A stretch of 64,000 nt of DNA from Octopus vulgaris. Lineage: Eukaryota. Within the stretch, counting starts at the first letter, position 1; every line of letters starts with the position of its first letter. The DNA lies in assembly GCA_951406725.2 (NCBI GenBank), contig OX597825.1:16368001-16432000 (forward strand). The letters are read 5' to 3'. A program made the position numbers and the translations under genes. Below, one piece after another: positions 42,152 through 55,184 of this stretch. Below the pieces are notes generated by a model. It was not told where the DNA came from. It ran no database searches and saw nothing but the letters and a program-made list of their open reading frames with translations.

Positions 42152-43187
42152 CACTATATATATTAAATAAACATAGAAAATTAGCACAATTTAGAAAAAA
42201 AATTACTCTGTGATGCCAACTACAAGGAAAACAACAGTTAAGTCTCTGTCAAAATATTTAATGGCGTGAACATTAAAAAGTTAATTATGTGCTGAAGAAA
42301 ATACAATATTCGTTAATGACTTGATAATTAGTTGCTATACAATTCATGATTGGGGACATTGTGTCTCTCTTGTGAATATTTAAAAAGAAGGATAGTTTAT
42401 CATGCTATGATAACAAACTGTGTTAAAGAAGAAAAACTGTAACGAATGGGTTAAAGGAAAATGTATTTGAAATGTGTTGTGTTTTAAACATTGACAGATT
42501 CCGTTACGTACATACGAATAACACCACCGTTTATCGAAAATAGTTGGTTGCGCGAAAGAAAATATAGACAACGTATAAAATAAAATTGTCTGTGATAGAG
42601 CCTGCCAAAGTTTACACCAGTAGTGCCAAGAACGGTAATCTTTACTTAGTGGAAAACTACTACATTTTGATACAAAATTGTAAGCTTCTTAACCAGAATC
42701 AAAGACTAATCTAAAAATGCAGACACAACAACAAAACCAAAACCAGATATCTTAAACCGTTACATTCAGACTGATAAAATTTCAGCAGTCGCCACAAGAT
42801 AGTTACTGTCTGTGTCACAGCAATACCTAATCAAAGATGTGTGCTAATATCTTTATTCTACGTATTTTGGACAGAATGAAAGCTAAAGAGAAAATTTGCT
42901 AACGGAATCATTTTGTTCGACATTCAGTTTGCTTAATAAATAGTTTGTTAGTTCTTCTTATAACTGTTTCCATCAATAGTAAACCAAAATCAGAATGTCG
43001 GTCATCTCACTTGTGTGAGATTTACGTTATAACACGTATAAAAGCTACATATCACAACTTCTTCATTTTACTTTGTAAATATACGAATATTGGTTTATTA
43101 GAAGGAAAAGAGACGGCCTTTCCGATAGGTCAGGAAGGACCTGTCTCAAGCATTTTTATTACAGAAAATTTGCAGTTAATAATCCTT

Positions 43188-43925
43188 TTTACTACAGACA
43201 CAACATATTTTTACTATAGGCACAAACGCTTATTTCTTTACTATAGGCACAACGTTTTTTTACTATAGGCACAAACGCTTTTTTCTTTACTATAAGCATC
43301 ACGTTTTTTTTTTACTATAGGCACACACGCTTTTTTCTTTACTATAAGCACCACGTTTTTTTACTATAGGCACAACGTTTTTTTTTTACTATAGGCACAA
43401 CGCTTTTTTCTTTACTATAGGCACAACGTTTTTTTACTATAGGCACACACGCTTTTTTCTTTACTATAAGCACCACGTTTTTTTACTATAGGCACAACGT
43501 TTTTTTCTTTACTACAGGCACAACGCTTTTTTCTTTACTATAGGCACAACGTTTTTTTACTATAGGCACAACGCTTTTTTCTTTACTATAGGCACAACGT
43601 TTTTTTTTACTATAGGCACACACGCTTTTTTCTTTACTATAAGCACCACGTTTTTTTACTATAGGCACAACGTTTTTTCCTTTAGTATAGGCACAACGCT
43701 TTTTCTTTACTATGGGTACCACGTTTTTTTCTTTACTATAGGCACAAGCACTTTTTTCTTTACTATAGGCACAACGCTTTTTTCTTTACTATAGGCACAA
43801 CGTTTTTACTTTACTATAGACACAAACGCTTTTTTCTTTACTATAGGCTCCATGATATTTTTTATAGGCACAAATTTTTTCTTTACTATAGGCACAGACG
43901 CTTTTTTCTTTACTATAGACACAAA
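43188..43925. repeat. ~25-29-bp minisatellite (TTTACTATAGGCACAACG(C)TTTTT)n
   Basis: About 27 units, contiguous with the 3' tail of a minus-strand SINE B (43900-44075). Confidence 0.93.
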
Positions 43926-44116
43926 GCTTGAAACTTATGGGATGACTCCAGTCGTTTACATTGACTCCAGTGCTCGATTGGTACTTATTTGATCGACCTC
44001 GAAAGGATGAAAGGCAAAGTCGACCTCGGTCGTATTTGATCTCAGAATGTAAAACTGGAAGAAATGCCGTTAAGGAGACTCAGTGTGCATTCAACCGTGT
44101 CAAAACAGGCTGAATG

Positions 44117-44387
44117 TTGTTGTTTGTTCCTTCTCGAGCCATGCATAAGGGCCGGTTTCCCGGTTTCCTTGGCGTATAGGTCCCCCACCTGGACGGGAAA
44201 ACCGGTCCGTCGCAGGTGAGCTGCAAGATGCAGGAGGAATGTGGCGGAGGAATCAGCAGAAGTTCGCCATTACCTTCTGCCGGAGCTGCATGGAGCTTAG
44301 GTGTTTCATTCATAAACACACACATGGCCCAGTCTGAGATTCGAACCCGCGATCCCTCGACCGCGAGCTCGCTGCTCTAACCACTAG
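44117..44387 (-). mobile_element. SINE group C
   Basis: Homologous to 3292-3597. Confidence 0.88.
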
Positions 44388-44594
44388 ACGAGAAAACTCT
44401 CTTGGAAACTTTTTTTTTTGGTAATAAAGAACCTAAATTCTTCGAACAGGGGATTAAAGAGCTACCCAACAGGTGGCGAAAGGTTATAGAAGCAAGTGGT
44501 AACTATTGTATTGATTAAATACATTTTTCACAATTATTTACGTTGTTTTGGTTTTCACCAAATAAAACGAACGGACTTTTTGGCCAACCCAATA
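44388..44594 (+). mobile_element. Mariner transposon 3' fragment
   Basis: FFGNKEPKFFEQGIKELPNRWRKVIEASGNYCID* matches the mariner transposase C-terminus (GI..L..RW.KVI..G.Y); TIR ACGAACGGACTTTTTGGCCAACCCAATA followed by TA. Confidence 0.85.
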
Positions 44595-44814
44595 TATCAA
44601 AATATACATCAAAATTCGAAATCACCGGTGATCTGGCTATGTCCGCTAGGGAGATGTCTCCCATGTCAGCTCATTAAGATAGTGCTTCTCTGGCAATTGA
44701 GTTACTTTAACTCTTATTTCTAGCTATGCTAGTACCACTTAGTACCCTTTGTTACTTTAGTAACGTCTATAAATTTGCCTTTAAGGTTGTTATATATATA
44801 TATATATATATATT

Positions 44815-45852
44815 TGTTGTGCAAGATTTTTTATGTGAAGTCGTGTGTTGAAACAGATATTATTATATTTCGGAATGGTCATTTTGCCAGTTTAGCCAAT
44901 AAAAACATATGCACTATATATTTGGTGTTACTTTGCTTCAGTGTTATTTATTTCGTGTGTTGAACAGATATATATTTCTGAATGGTCATTTTGCCAGTTT
45001 AGCCAATAAAAACACACGCACTATATATTTGGTGTTACTTTGCTTCAGTGTTATTTATTTTTTACATTATCTTAATCTTATTTCAGCCAGAGTTCTTTCG
45101 TCACACTCCTGTGACCGCATCAGTGGTCCTTTGTTTTCTTCTTTCTTATTTGTGTCTCTCCTTACTAACCGTCAGCCATTTTGTATTTCTATTGTATGTC
45201 TTCTTTTGCGCATGCTTATATCTCTATGTGCGTCTATCTTTATTTAGTGTGTGTGTGTGGGGGATGCCTGTAATATTTGTATCTTCTGTTTATATACGTT
45301 CATGTAATTTGTTTTTTGTTGTTGTTTTTGTTTATTCTTATTTTGTTCATGTATTTACATTCACTTATTATTATTATCATTACATATGCTTGTATGTATG
45401 TATGTATGTATGTATAACAACAATACTAGTAATAATAATAATAAATAAAAAATTTATATAGTTATTTATTTCTATTTGTTTATTTATCTGTGTATTTTAT
45501 TTATTATGTTTTATGTTTTCGGTTTTGTTTATATAGTAACCAGTTTATTAGGATCCTCTACCGTCATGTGTTGTGGTGTGTGCTAGTGTTCCATTCTAGT
45601 TTCCTATTCAGGCTAGGTTTATTTTCTATTATGTGTGTAGCTTCTGTAATTTGTCTGATTGTTGCATCTGTTCTATGTGTGGACAATATTTTAATTTCTA
45701 TGTTGTTGATTGATCCCCCGTGTTCCTGTTCGGCGTGTTGGTACAGAATCGATGAGCTTTTACCTTCCTTGAGTTCTCTCCAATGGTCATTTACTCGCTC
45801 TCCTATGTTTCTTGCCGTTTCCCCTACGTATGTCGTTGTCTTGTTACTGCAT
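44815..45852 (-). mobile_element. Penelope-like retroelement 3' part: GIY-YIG endonuclease remnant, 3' repeat and hammerhead-like motif
   Basis: YVGETARNIGERVNDH...LYQHAEQEH...IKIL...RQITEATHIIENKPSLN (45564-45850) is a PLE GIY-YIG domain; motif at 45087-45126; partial tandem duplication of the terminus at 44840-45060. Confidence 0.88.
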
Positions 45853-45988
45853 CGAGAGAAAGAAAGAGAGAAAGAGAAAGAGAGAAAGAGAAAGAGAGAG
45901 AAGAAATAACCGTGTATTAGCGTACTGGACCTAAGGCCCTGTCCAAATTCAGTTCCTGTGACAATCTTTACAGTTTGCTTTCTTTCGC

Positions 45989-46021
<33 letters not shown>

Positions 46022-46884
46022 GACACGCACTTTCTTTCAAACATATACACTCACTCTGATACATACACACATATACACACACACGCCCACACACACACAT
46101 ACACACACATATATATATATACATACCTCCACACACGTGTGTAAGTATATTAAATATAAGATTTAGTGCGAAACAAATGAAGTTTTAATAAAGTTATATC
46201 GGAATATATGTAGATTCTACTTACCTGATTCTTAGAACATCACAATTTTCGCTTTCTTGATAAGGTTTTGAGGACAGGACAGAAATGTAATATATATCTG
46301 TATAATTCGTATTTTAGGAGGACATCGGCACTAAAGTATTGTGAAGCAATTTGCTAAGAAGTCTTCACTTCTGTTTAATGTAATATTCAGAGAACAGCTG
46401 AGCAAGTTGGCAGAACTAAATGTCTGGTTTATGTTTAAATGCTCAAATGTTTATTTCCATTTAAAGTATACTAAAAATACTTTGATTGCTGCCGTTTTCT
46501 TATTAGGGCCTTATTGTATCCAGGTAAATTTTCCTCTGTGGAGACGCAATGGCCCAGTGGTTAATGCAACGGACTAGCGGTCGGAGGATCGCGGTTTCTA
46601 TTTCCAGATCGGGCGTTGTGTGTGTTTATTGAGCAAAAACCCCTAAAAGCTCCAGGATGTAGGGGATTTAGTTAGAGATCGGAACGATTGTTAGGTGTTC
46701 ATTTAACTTTTAATTTACGGGGATCAGCACAGTTCACTAATGAGCTGACGGGGGAAGCGGCGATATGGTCACTAAAAAACAGAATGATACCTTAAAAACA
46801 GAATGATACATTGGATAAAATCGCCTTAGATTGGCATGGAGCAAAAAGACAAGCTAGTTACGGCTGGAATGTGTTTCATCATAG

Positions 46885-47233
46885 ATTTGCCTGCTTCATT
46901 GAAAACAACAACAACTACAGCAACATTGTTGACAACATCAACGATGACAACCGACAACATCAACAACAGCAGCAGCCGTTCAAGAATTTGGACCTGGAGA
47001 TCTCCATTTCCAGCGACTTCGAGGGCCACTTCCCAGTGGTGTCGGGCGTCTACGAAGAGCCCTCGACTACAACAAGACGACCAAAGTTTTTGTTTTCCAA
47101 GGTCTGGGGTCTCCCACCCCTAAGCCCTAGACCATCACCTAATTACCCTTACCCGTCTTGTTGCTTAACAACAACAACAACAACAACAGCAGCAGCAGTA
47201 TCGTCTTATGGCACGTTGGATAAACGGCCTTAG
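46885..47233 (+). CDS. Possible coding exon, unknown product (..FKNLDLEISISSDFEGHFPVVSGVYEEPSTTTRRPKFLFSKVWGLPPLSPRP..)
   Basis: Open frame with strong C/G at third codon positions over ~46978-47065 and an AG at 46883-46884. However both ends lie in repeat remnants and no domain is recognised. Confidence 0.25.
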
Positions 47234-47837
47234 ATACACTGTCTGAAAGAATAGGATGTTCACTGCTGGAAGACATTTGCTCTTTTATAGATAAACAACA
47301 ATTGAACTTTGGTAAAGATGAAGAATGTAGGTAGTCGTAGTACTTTTGACAGGTAAGAGACGTTTTGGCGCAATTGTTTTGACGCCGCTTATTTGGCGTC
47401 GCTGACCGCACGCCGACGCTGACTTATTTGACATCAGACATTTTAATATTTCTCTCGTTCTCTCTCTGTTCATGTGTACGGGCATCTCGTTATGTTTGTG
47501 TGTATGAGAAATATCTCTCTCTCCCTCTCTCTCTCACTCTCTATATTTATGTGCATATCTCTGTGCGAGAGAGAGAGAGAGAGAGAGAGAGTGTGTGTGT
47601 GTGTGTGTTTGCCTCCAATGCTGAAAAATACTGCCACCAAAAACAGAATGAATGTCCAGCCATGCCAAATCGTCAGCGTCCAATCAGCCACGCACAATCA
47701 TTTCATCCTTACAACTGACTCAGTACTATTCAGATAGATCCGTTCGCAAACAAAGTTCAAATTTACTAAAGTTGACATTTTGACCGGCGCAACTCTTGGA
47801 TCGATAAAACGTTCACATCAATAAATATCAATAACTT

Positions 47838-48133
47838 GACTTCGATGGGGTTTGAATTCGGAACGTAAAGTCCTAGGTCAAATACTGCTAGGTCTGTTGT
47901 CCGACACTCTAACGTTTCTGTCAATTTACCGTAAACACTAATTTAATTTCAATTTATGGAATGAGAAGAATTAGTCGATTACACCGACCCCAGCGTTCAA
48001 CTGGTCTTATTAAATCGAGCCCGAATAGATGAAAGGTAAATTCGGTGGAATTTGAAATCAGGACGTTTAACCGGAAGAAATGCCGCTCAGCATTTTGCCT
48101 GGCTCCTTAATGATTCTGCTATTTCGCCGCCTT
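47838..48133 (-). mobile_element. Old SINE group B fragments
   Basis: Diverged core matches. Confidence 0.7.
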
Positions 48134-48405
48134 AAAGCACTAAATAATGTATTAAAAAACAAATAAATAACGGAGAATTCTGCAGACTGACCAATCATGA
48201 CATTTGTGTGTGACTAGGATGGACCGATTAGAATTAATAATTGAATCCATTAATTCTTTGTCTATCTTGTGTATCATATATGATACATAGAAAATATTTA
48301 TCAAGCCTCCATTCATCATATATGATACACACTCCCGATTGTTTTTCGACGACCAGAGTAACTTGGGACTTATGAAAGGAGAGCTTGATATTACTCAGAA
48401 CATAA

Positions 48406-49194
48406 AGGCAGCGAGTTGGCAGAAACGTTAGCACGCCGAGCGAAATGTTTAGTGATATTGCGTCTGTCTTTACGTTTTGAGTTCAAATTCCACCGTGGTC
48501 GACTTTGCCTTTCATCCTTTCGGGGTCGATTAAATAAGTACCAGTTATGCACTGGGGTCAATATAATAGACTTAATCCGCGTGTCTGTCCTTCTTTGTCC
48601 TCTGTGTTTAGCCACTTGTGGGTAGTAAAGAAATAGGTATTTCGTCTGTCTTTACATTCTGAGTTCAAATTTCGCCGTGGTCGACTTTGCATTTCATCCT
48701 TTCGAGGTCGATAAATTAAGTACCAGTAACGCACTGATGTTGATGTAATCGACTTAATCCCTTTGTCTGTTCTTGTTTGTCCCCCTCTATGTTTAGCCCC
48801 TTGTGGGCAATAAAGAAATAAGAAACGTTAGCACGCCGAGCGAAATGCTTAGCGATATTTCGTCTGTCATTACGTTCTGAGTTCAAATTCCGCCGTGGTC
48901 GACTTTGCCTTTCATCCTTTCAGGGTCGATAAATTAACTACCAGTTGCACACTGGAGTCGAACTAATCGGCTGGAACCCTCCCCCAAAATTTCGGGCCTT
49001 GTGCCTAGAACAAAAAAGAATCGTTTCACGCCGAGTAAAATGCTTATAGTTATTTGAACGGTCTGAGTTCAAATTCCGACTTACCTTTCATCCTTTCGTG
49101 GTCAATAAAATAAGTACCAGTTGATTACTGGAGTCGATCTAATCGACTTACCCCTCCCCTGAAATTGCTGGCATTGTGCCAAAATTTGAAATCT
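48406..49194 (+). mobile_element. SINE group B four-unit array enclosed by one 17-bp TSD
   Basis: ATATTACTCAGAACATA at 48388-48404 and 49195-49211. Confidence 0.93.
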
Positions 49195-49623
49195 ATATTA
49201 CTCAGAACATACAAAACCAAGATTAACAAAAAAAAAACTCAAAAAATAAAGCATGGACGTTTACGATAAACTTATGAAAATGATTTAGACAGACAAAACA
49301 TTTCAAGCACCACAGTTTCTATCTCATCATTTAAAAGGCCAGAATCGACTTGAAGTTACGATTGAACGAAGGGTAATTGTCCAGTGTACTGTGATGGAAC
49401 TCAGCACATCGAGATCGAAAACCAAACTGCGTAGCCACTTAGCTGATGCGACCATATTAGAGATATCAATGTGATATTTGGAAATGTCTACAAGTTAAAA
49501 TTCCTGTCTCCTTTACATTAATGATATACAAATAGTTAAGTTAATATTTTCTGTTTTTTTTTATATATATATATATATTGTTCATTGTTTTGGTTCCATC
49601 TTTTGGCTGATCAGAGGAATAAC

Positions 49624-49627
49624 AATG

Positions 49628-49703
<76 letters not shown>

Positions 49704-49741
49704 TGATGATGATGATGATGATGACGATGATGATGATGATG

Positions 49742-49795
<54 letters not shown>

Positions 49796-49901
49796 TTGCT
49801 TTTATATTTATATTTGCTTAACGTCTGGCACTTCATAACAACAACAGCATCGACAATAACAACAATAACAACTACTGCTGTTGCTACTGCTGCTGCTGCT
49901 G

Positions 49902-49976
<75 letters not shown>
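49624..49976. repeat. Compound trinucleotide repeats (AAT)n(GAT)n(AAT)n..(GCT)n(ACT)n
   Basis: Direct observation. Confidence 0.97.
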
Positions 49977-50337
49977 TCACTAGTAGAGAAAGTGCTGCAG
50001 CAAGCAACAACAGATATACTACTAACGAAAAACAATAATAAATAACAAGAACAATAATAATATTTCTAATGTTTTCTTTATTAGTCACAAGGGCATAGAA
50101 GGAAGGAGAAAATGCAAAAACAAAAAAACAACAAAAAAAAACAAAAACAAAAACAAAAATAATAACGGCCAAAAAAAAAGGAAACAACTGACAAAGTACC
50201 TAATGTTGTATTTACATAAATATCCACATATACATTATATACACACGTAGACCGAAACACAAGTATAGGCATATATGTATATATTTGTTATCATGTTTGA
50301 CATATATATATATATGTGTGTGTGTGTGTCTGTGTGC

Positions 50338-50384
<47 letters not shown>

Positions 50385-50468
50385 CATGTATGTATATATA
50401 TGTATATATATCTCCATACATACACGTTTACTTCCATATTCACTCATATATATGCGTGTCTCGTTAGA

Positions 50469-50504
<36 letters not shown>

Positions 50505-50594
50505 CGTCGTTACATAAGTGCTTATATATATATATATAAATACATACACACATGGGTATATCTGCCTGTCTGTATATCTATCTATCTATCCATG

Positions 50595-50679
<85 letters not shown>

Positions 50680-50709
50680 CTATCTATCTATCTATCTATC
50701 TATCTATCA

Positions 50710-50740
<31 letters not shown>

Positions 50741-51570
50741 GATCTATCTATCTATCTATCTATCTATTTATCTATATATGTTATTCCATACTTACACATA
50801 TATATGTCCATATATAGAAATGTAGATATATAGGTACGTACGTATGTATGTATCCATACCTAAATATTTACACACACAAACACACACACGCACATATATA
50901 TATATAAATATATATATATACACATATATTATATACATATGTATATATACATATATATGTATATATGCATATATATATGTATATATGTATATATTATATA
51001 TATATACACATATATTATACCTATATATATATACACACATATATAAGTATATATATAAGTACAAATGTCTACACACATGCTAAAAAAATACCCCACCATA
51101 TAAATATATATATTTATATATACACACATATATACATACATATATATATATATATATATATCTATACATATATACATACATATATATAATGAATGAAGCT
51201 TCCCTGGAACATCATATATAATCGCTTCTTTTCTTGTCACAAGGGCACAAAAAGCATTAAAACATTACAAAACAATGGCAACTAATACAATACAAATTGA
51301 TCGGGAAACACAAATTGACAATGGAAGAACAAAACTAAAAACAACTGAAAGAAAAACAATACAAAATATCTATGTGCGCATATATATCATAAGAGACGCA
51401 ACACATACATACACATATATAAATATATATAATATACATACATATACACTCACATATATATACACACACATATATAATATATAAATATATATATATATAT
51501 ACATACATACATATATATATATATGCACATACATATATATATATACATATATATATATACATATATATAT

Positions 51571-51615
<45 letters not shown>

Positions 51616-51712
51616 TACACACACATATATTTACATACATATATATAATATATATATATATATATACATACATATATATACTTTCACACACACATATATA
51701 CATACATATACG

Positions 51713-51770
<58 letters not shown>

Positions 51771-52345
51771 CACATACACACACATATATACATACATACA
51801 TACATACATATGTATATATATACACATACATAGATACACACAGATACACACACACACATACACAAACACATATATTTGTCTGAGTGTTAAATGTAATTAT
51901 GTATATGTAGATATATTTCGCTATAGTTTGCATATTTATAGGTGTAAATGTCTATGCTTAAACAAATAGTCATATCAGCCAACACTAGTCCTATTTTCAT
52001 TTTTCCTCTTACACAATTTCTGTCTGCCTGTGTGTGTATGTTTGTATGTATGTGTGTGTGTCTGTGAGTGCATGTATATATATATGATTGAATGTATATA
52101 TGCATGTATGGGACTAACTGACATACGGATACATATTTTCCCCTAGAGATCGTTAAATATATCTGCAACAGAGCTGCATATAGAAACACGATCATGAGAC
52201 CGTTTAAAGTTTAATTTAATTTATTTTTCGCCCAGTCAAGTATTTTCACCACCCCACCTTCAATGTTTTCCTCCACACTCTTCGTTTCCTCCTCACCTTC
52301 TTTTTCTGATTCGCTCATTTTTTTATGACCTACGTGAAAGCTATA

Positions 52346-52400
52346 CAGTAATTCCTCGACTATCGCGGGTGTTACGTTCCAAAAACCCACCGCGATAGGT
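52346..52400 (+). mobile_element. pogo/Tigger-like terminal fragment
   Basis: TA|CAGTAATTCCTCGACTATCGCGG resembles Tigger-type TIR starts. Confidence 0.45.
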
Positions 52401-52943
52401 ACTTATTCCGTCCATCTCTTTTGCTGAACCGCTAAGTTACAAGGACGTAAATATACCAACATCGGTTGTAAAGCGGTGATGGGGACAAACATAGACACAA
52501 AGACAGACATACATGTACATGCACACACGTATGTATATATATACACATATATACACACACACATACGTATATATATATATATACATACATTTACATACAT
52601 AAACATATACGAAGGCAGATATATATACATACAAATGTATTATATATGTATAATATATATATATATATACACGTTTCGATACGCTCTTACAGAAAGATAC
52701 ACAGAAACAAACAAGGAGACATAATATATATAATATATAACGATATATATATCCTGACCATATACATACACCTATACATATGATGGGCTACGTTCAGTTT
52801 GCGTCTACCAAATCTATTCAAAAGGCATTGGTCGGCTCGAGGCTGTAGTTGAACATACTAGCGGTAGGAGCCATGCAGTGAGACTGAACTTGGAACCATA
52901 TGGTTGAGAAGCAATCTCCTTGCTACACAGCGACGCATGCGCC
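52400..52943 (-). mobile_element. Diverged SINE group A, interrupted
   Basis: Both halves match group A; the internal microsatellite carries a fragment (52670-52720) of the 59228-59398 element. Confidence 0.75.
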
Positions 52944-52992
52944 TTGTGAACTATTACAAGTAATTTATGGAGGGAACCGCGAAACGGTGAAG

Positions 52993-53541
52993 TGCATAAA
53001 TGTAATATTATTACCAGTTTAAATACACGCGTGGCACGTTTGAAGACGTTTATAGGCCGTTCATTCTGCTGACAGAATGGTGTTAGTAATACCAATATTA
53101 GTTCGCGGCGCCACTTATATAGGCTGTGAGATACAAGCATTTCGGAGTATTTAGCTCCTCTTCGATCACAGACGTAGTGTCTGTGTCTGTGATAGTAGGG
53201 GGACGCTGCGAACTGATAAAAGAGATTGTTTCGTTTTATAATATTTCAGCATAGCCCTAATCAGTTACCGTACGGTGACTGGAATATTATAAGAAAACCA
53301 ATCTCTTTTACCTGTCAACAGCACCACCCTGCCTAGTGTCTGGCCGAAGAGGAGACAACAACTCCAAAATGCTTGTGTCCCACAGTCTACATAGGTGGCG
53401 CTGCAAACTGATATTGGTGTATTAATATCGTTTTATCTACAGCGAGATATTTTCTCCATGACAAAAGCACAGTGAATGGCCTATTTATGAATCCAAACGT
53501 GCCACACGCGTATTTGAACTGGTAATAACGTTACATTTGCA
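52993..53541. repeat. ~550-bp imperfect palindrome with a hammerhead-like motif in each arm
   Basis: Arms are reverse-complementary from TTATTACCAGTT to the centre CAGTTACCGTACGGTGACTG (~53262-53281). Confidence 0.85.
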
Positions 53542-53678
53542 GCAAATAATGTTTCGGTTTTGAGGCAATATGATAACAATTTACTTTGTGTAGTATGTTT
53601 GACCTCTCGAGATTCTTTAATTTATGTCTCAACCTTTTTACACAGTAGTCACATTGTTGGTTGCAGTTTATTATAAAA

Positions 53679-54170
53679 CTAGTATTATAACCCGATATCA
53701 TTCGGGTCTACTCGGGCCACATTTTATAGATGAAGAAGTTAAAAATAACACGAAAATTCTATTAAAAATTAAAAAGAAAATGAGGGCAAAAAGCACTCGT
53801 TTTTTCACAATGAAAAATCGTTTCCTAGTAGCCGGAATTTCTCGACAAAATGTATGTTTAAGCACAACAGCCTGCAGTGCATGCCGCTGGGCATTAAAAG
53901 CCAGTCGCACCAAATCCTAGAGGGGCTCTGGGCCCCCTTGAATCGATAAAAATCACTCTTTTTGCCATAGCAACCACATCTTTATAGCTTGCGAATTTTA
54001 ATCCACGTGGGTCTCATCCTAACCAGGCATTTAGTGTCCCTGCCAATTTTCAGGTCGATCCTAGCCTCGGTTTGGCCGCCATTAACCGTCAAAACAAAAT
54101 GTGCATACAATTTTCGTCCAAGGACTGTTTTATACATACAGATTCTTATAGGAACCCCTGTCATTAAATG
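53679..54170 (-). mobile_element. Non-autonomous Helitron-like element
   Basis: Minus strand ends with the hairpin ACCCGA-ATGATA-TCGGGT, then ~7 nt, then CTAG|T. Confidence 0.6.
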
Positions 54171-54236
54171 CCTCGTTTCTTTGATGAGATTAAGATTTAC
54201 GTTTCAAGCAAATATCTGTTTGTTGCTTATATCCAT

Positions 54237-54620
54237 CCGCAATGGCCCAGTGGTTAGGGCAGCGGACTCGCGGTCATAGGATCGCGGTTTCGATTCCCAG
54301 ACCGGGCGTTGTGAGTGTTTATTGAGCGAAAACACCAAAAGCTCCACGAGGCTCCGGCAGGGGATGGTGGTGATCCCGGCTGTACTCTTTCACCACAACT
54401 TTCTCTCACTCTTACTTCCTGTTTCTGTTGTACCTGTACTTCAAAGGGCCGGCCTTGTCACTCTCTGTGCCACGCTGAGTATCCCCGAGAACTACGTTAA
54501 GGGTACACGTGTCTGTGGAGTGCTCAGCCACTTACACGTTAATTTCACGAGCAGGCTGTTCCGTTGATTCGGATCAACCGGAACCCTCGTCGTCGTAACC
54601 GACGGAGTGCTTCCATCCAT
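54237..54620 (+). mobile_element. tRNA-derived SINE (group C head), (ATCC)n tail
   Basis: A/B-box-like TGGCCCAGTGG and GGTTTCGATTCCC. Confidence 0.88.
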
Positions 54621-55184
54621 CCACCCATCCGTTCGTCCGTCTGCCCGACCTTCCGTCCGTTCATCCGTTCATCTGTTTGTCTGTCTGTCTATCTATTTTA
54701 ACGATATTTATGAATACAGAGCTACTCATATCTGTGGTTATAGCTCAAGCTCTTTTAAATGATTTGTTGAGTGTTTCGATGAAAGGTTTCTGTTTATGAC
54801 GAATGGGAAATTTTCCGATGAAAAAATACACGACGTGTACGTTTGTAGAGTAGTACTTTTAAACAATTTTCTCTTTCGTTTTATGAATTCGAACACAATT
54901 TACAAGGACCTGGCAAAGCAGTATACATGATATCATGAAAAGCTTTTGAAATCAAACCTAAAAAAATCAAGAAGTTTCATCGTGATGTTAACAGTGATAT
55001 TTTCAAATATTTCCCAAACCGTAAAAAAGCAACAGCAAAAAACGAAACGAAATAAGAAGCGAAACGAAAGGAACAACACGTGAGTGATCTCGAAATTCAT
55101 GAGAAAACAGGTGTTTATAGCGTTCAAAAACATCTATCGAACATCACTGGATTTGTCAGGGAACATTCTAAAAATATTTAAAAC

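Noticed and set aside
43188-43925. CRISPR-like array
   Set aside because: No unique spacers; it is a tandem minisatellite in a eukaryotic context
47153-47276. Minus-strand signal-peptide-like exon [22 protein letters not shown] with GTAAGG donor
   Set aside because: The Leu run is a (TTG/CTG)n microsatellite and the 5' part lies in an old repeat also seen at ~34687 and ~46805
54237-54310. tRNA gene (also 17139, 46538, 3530-3597)
   Set aside because: tRNA-like heads run directly into SINE bodies; no proper acceptor stem or terminator
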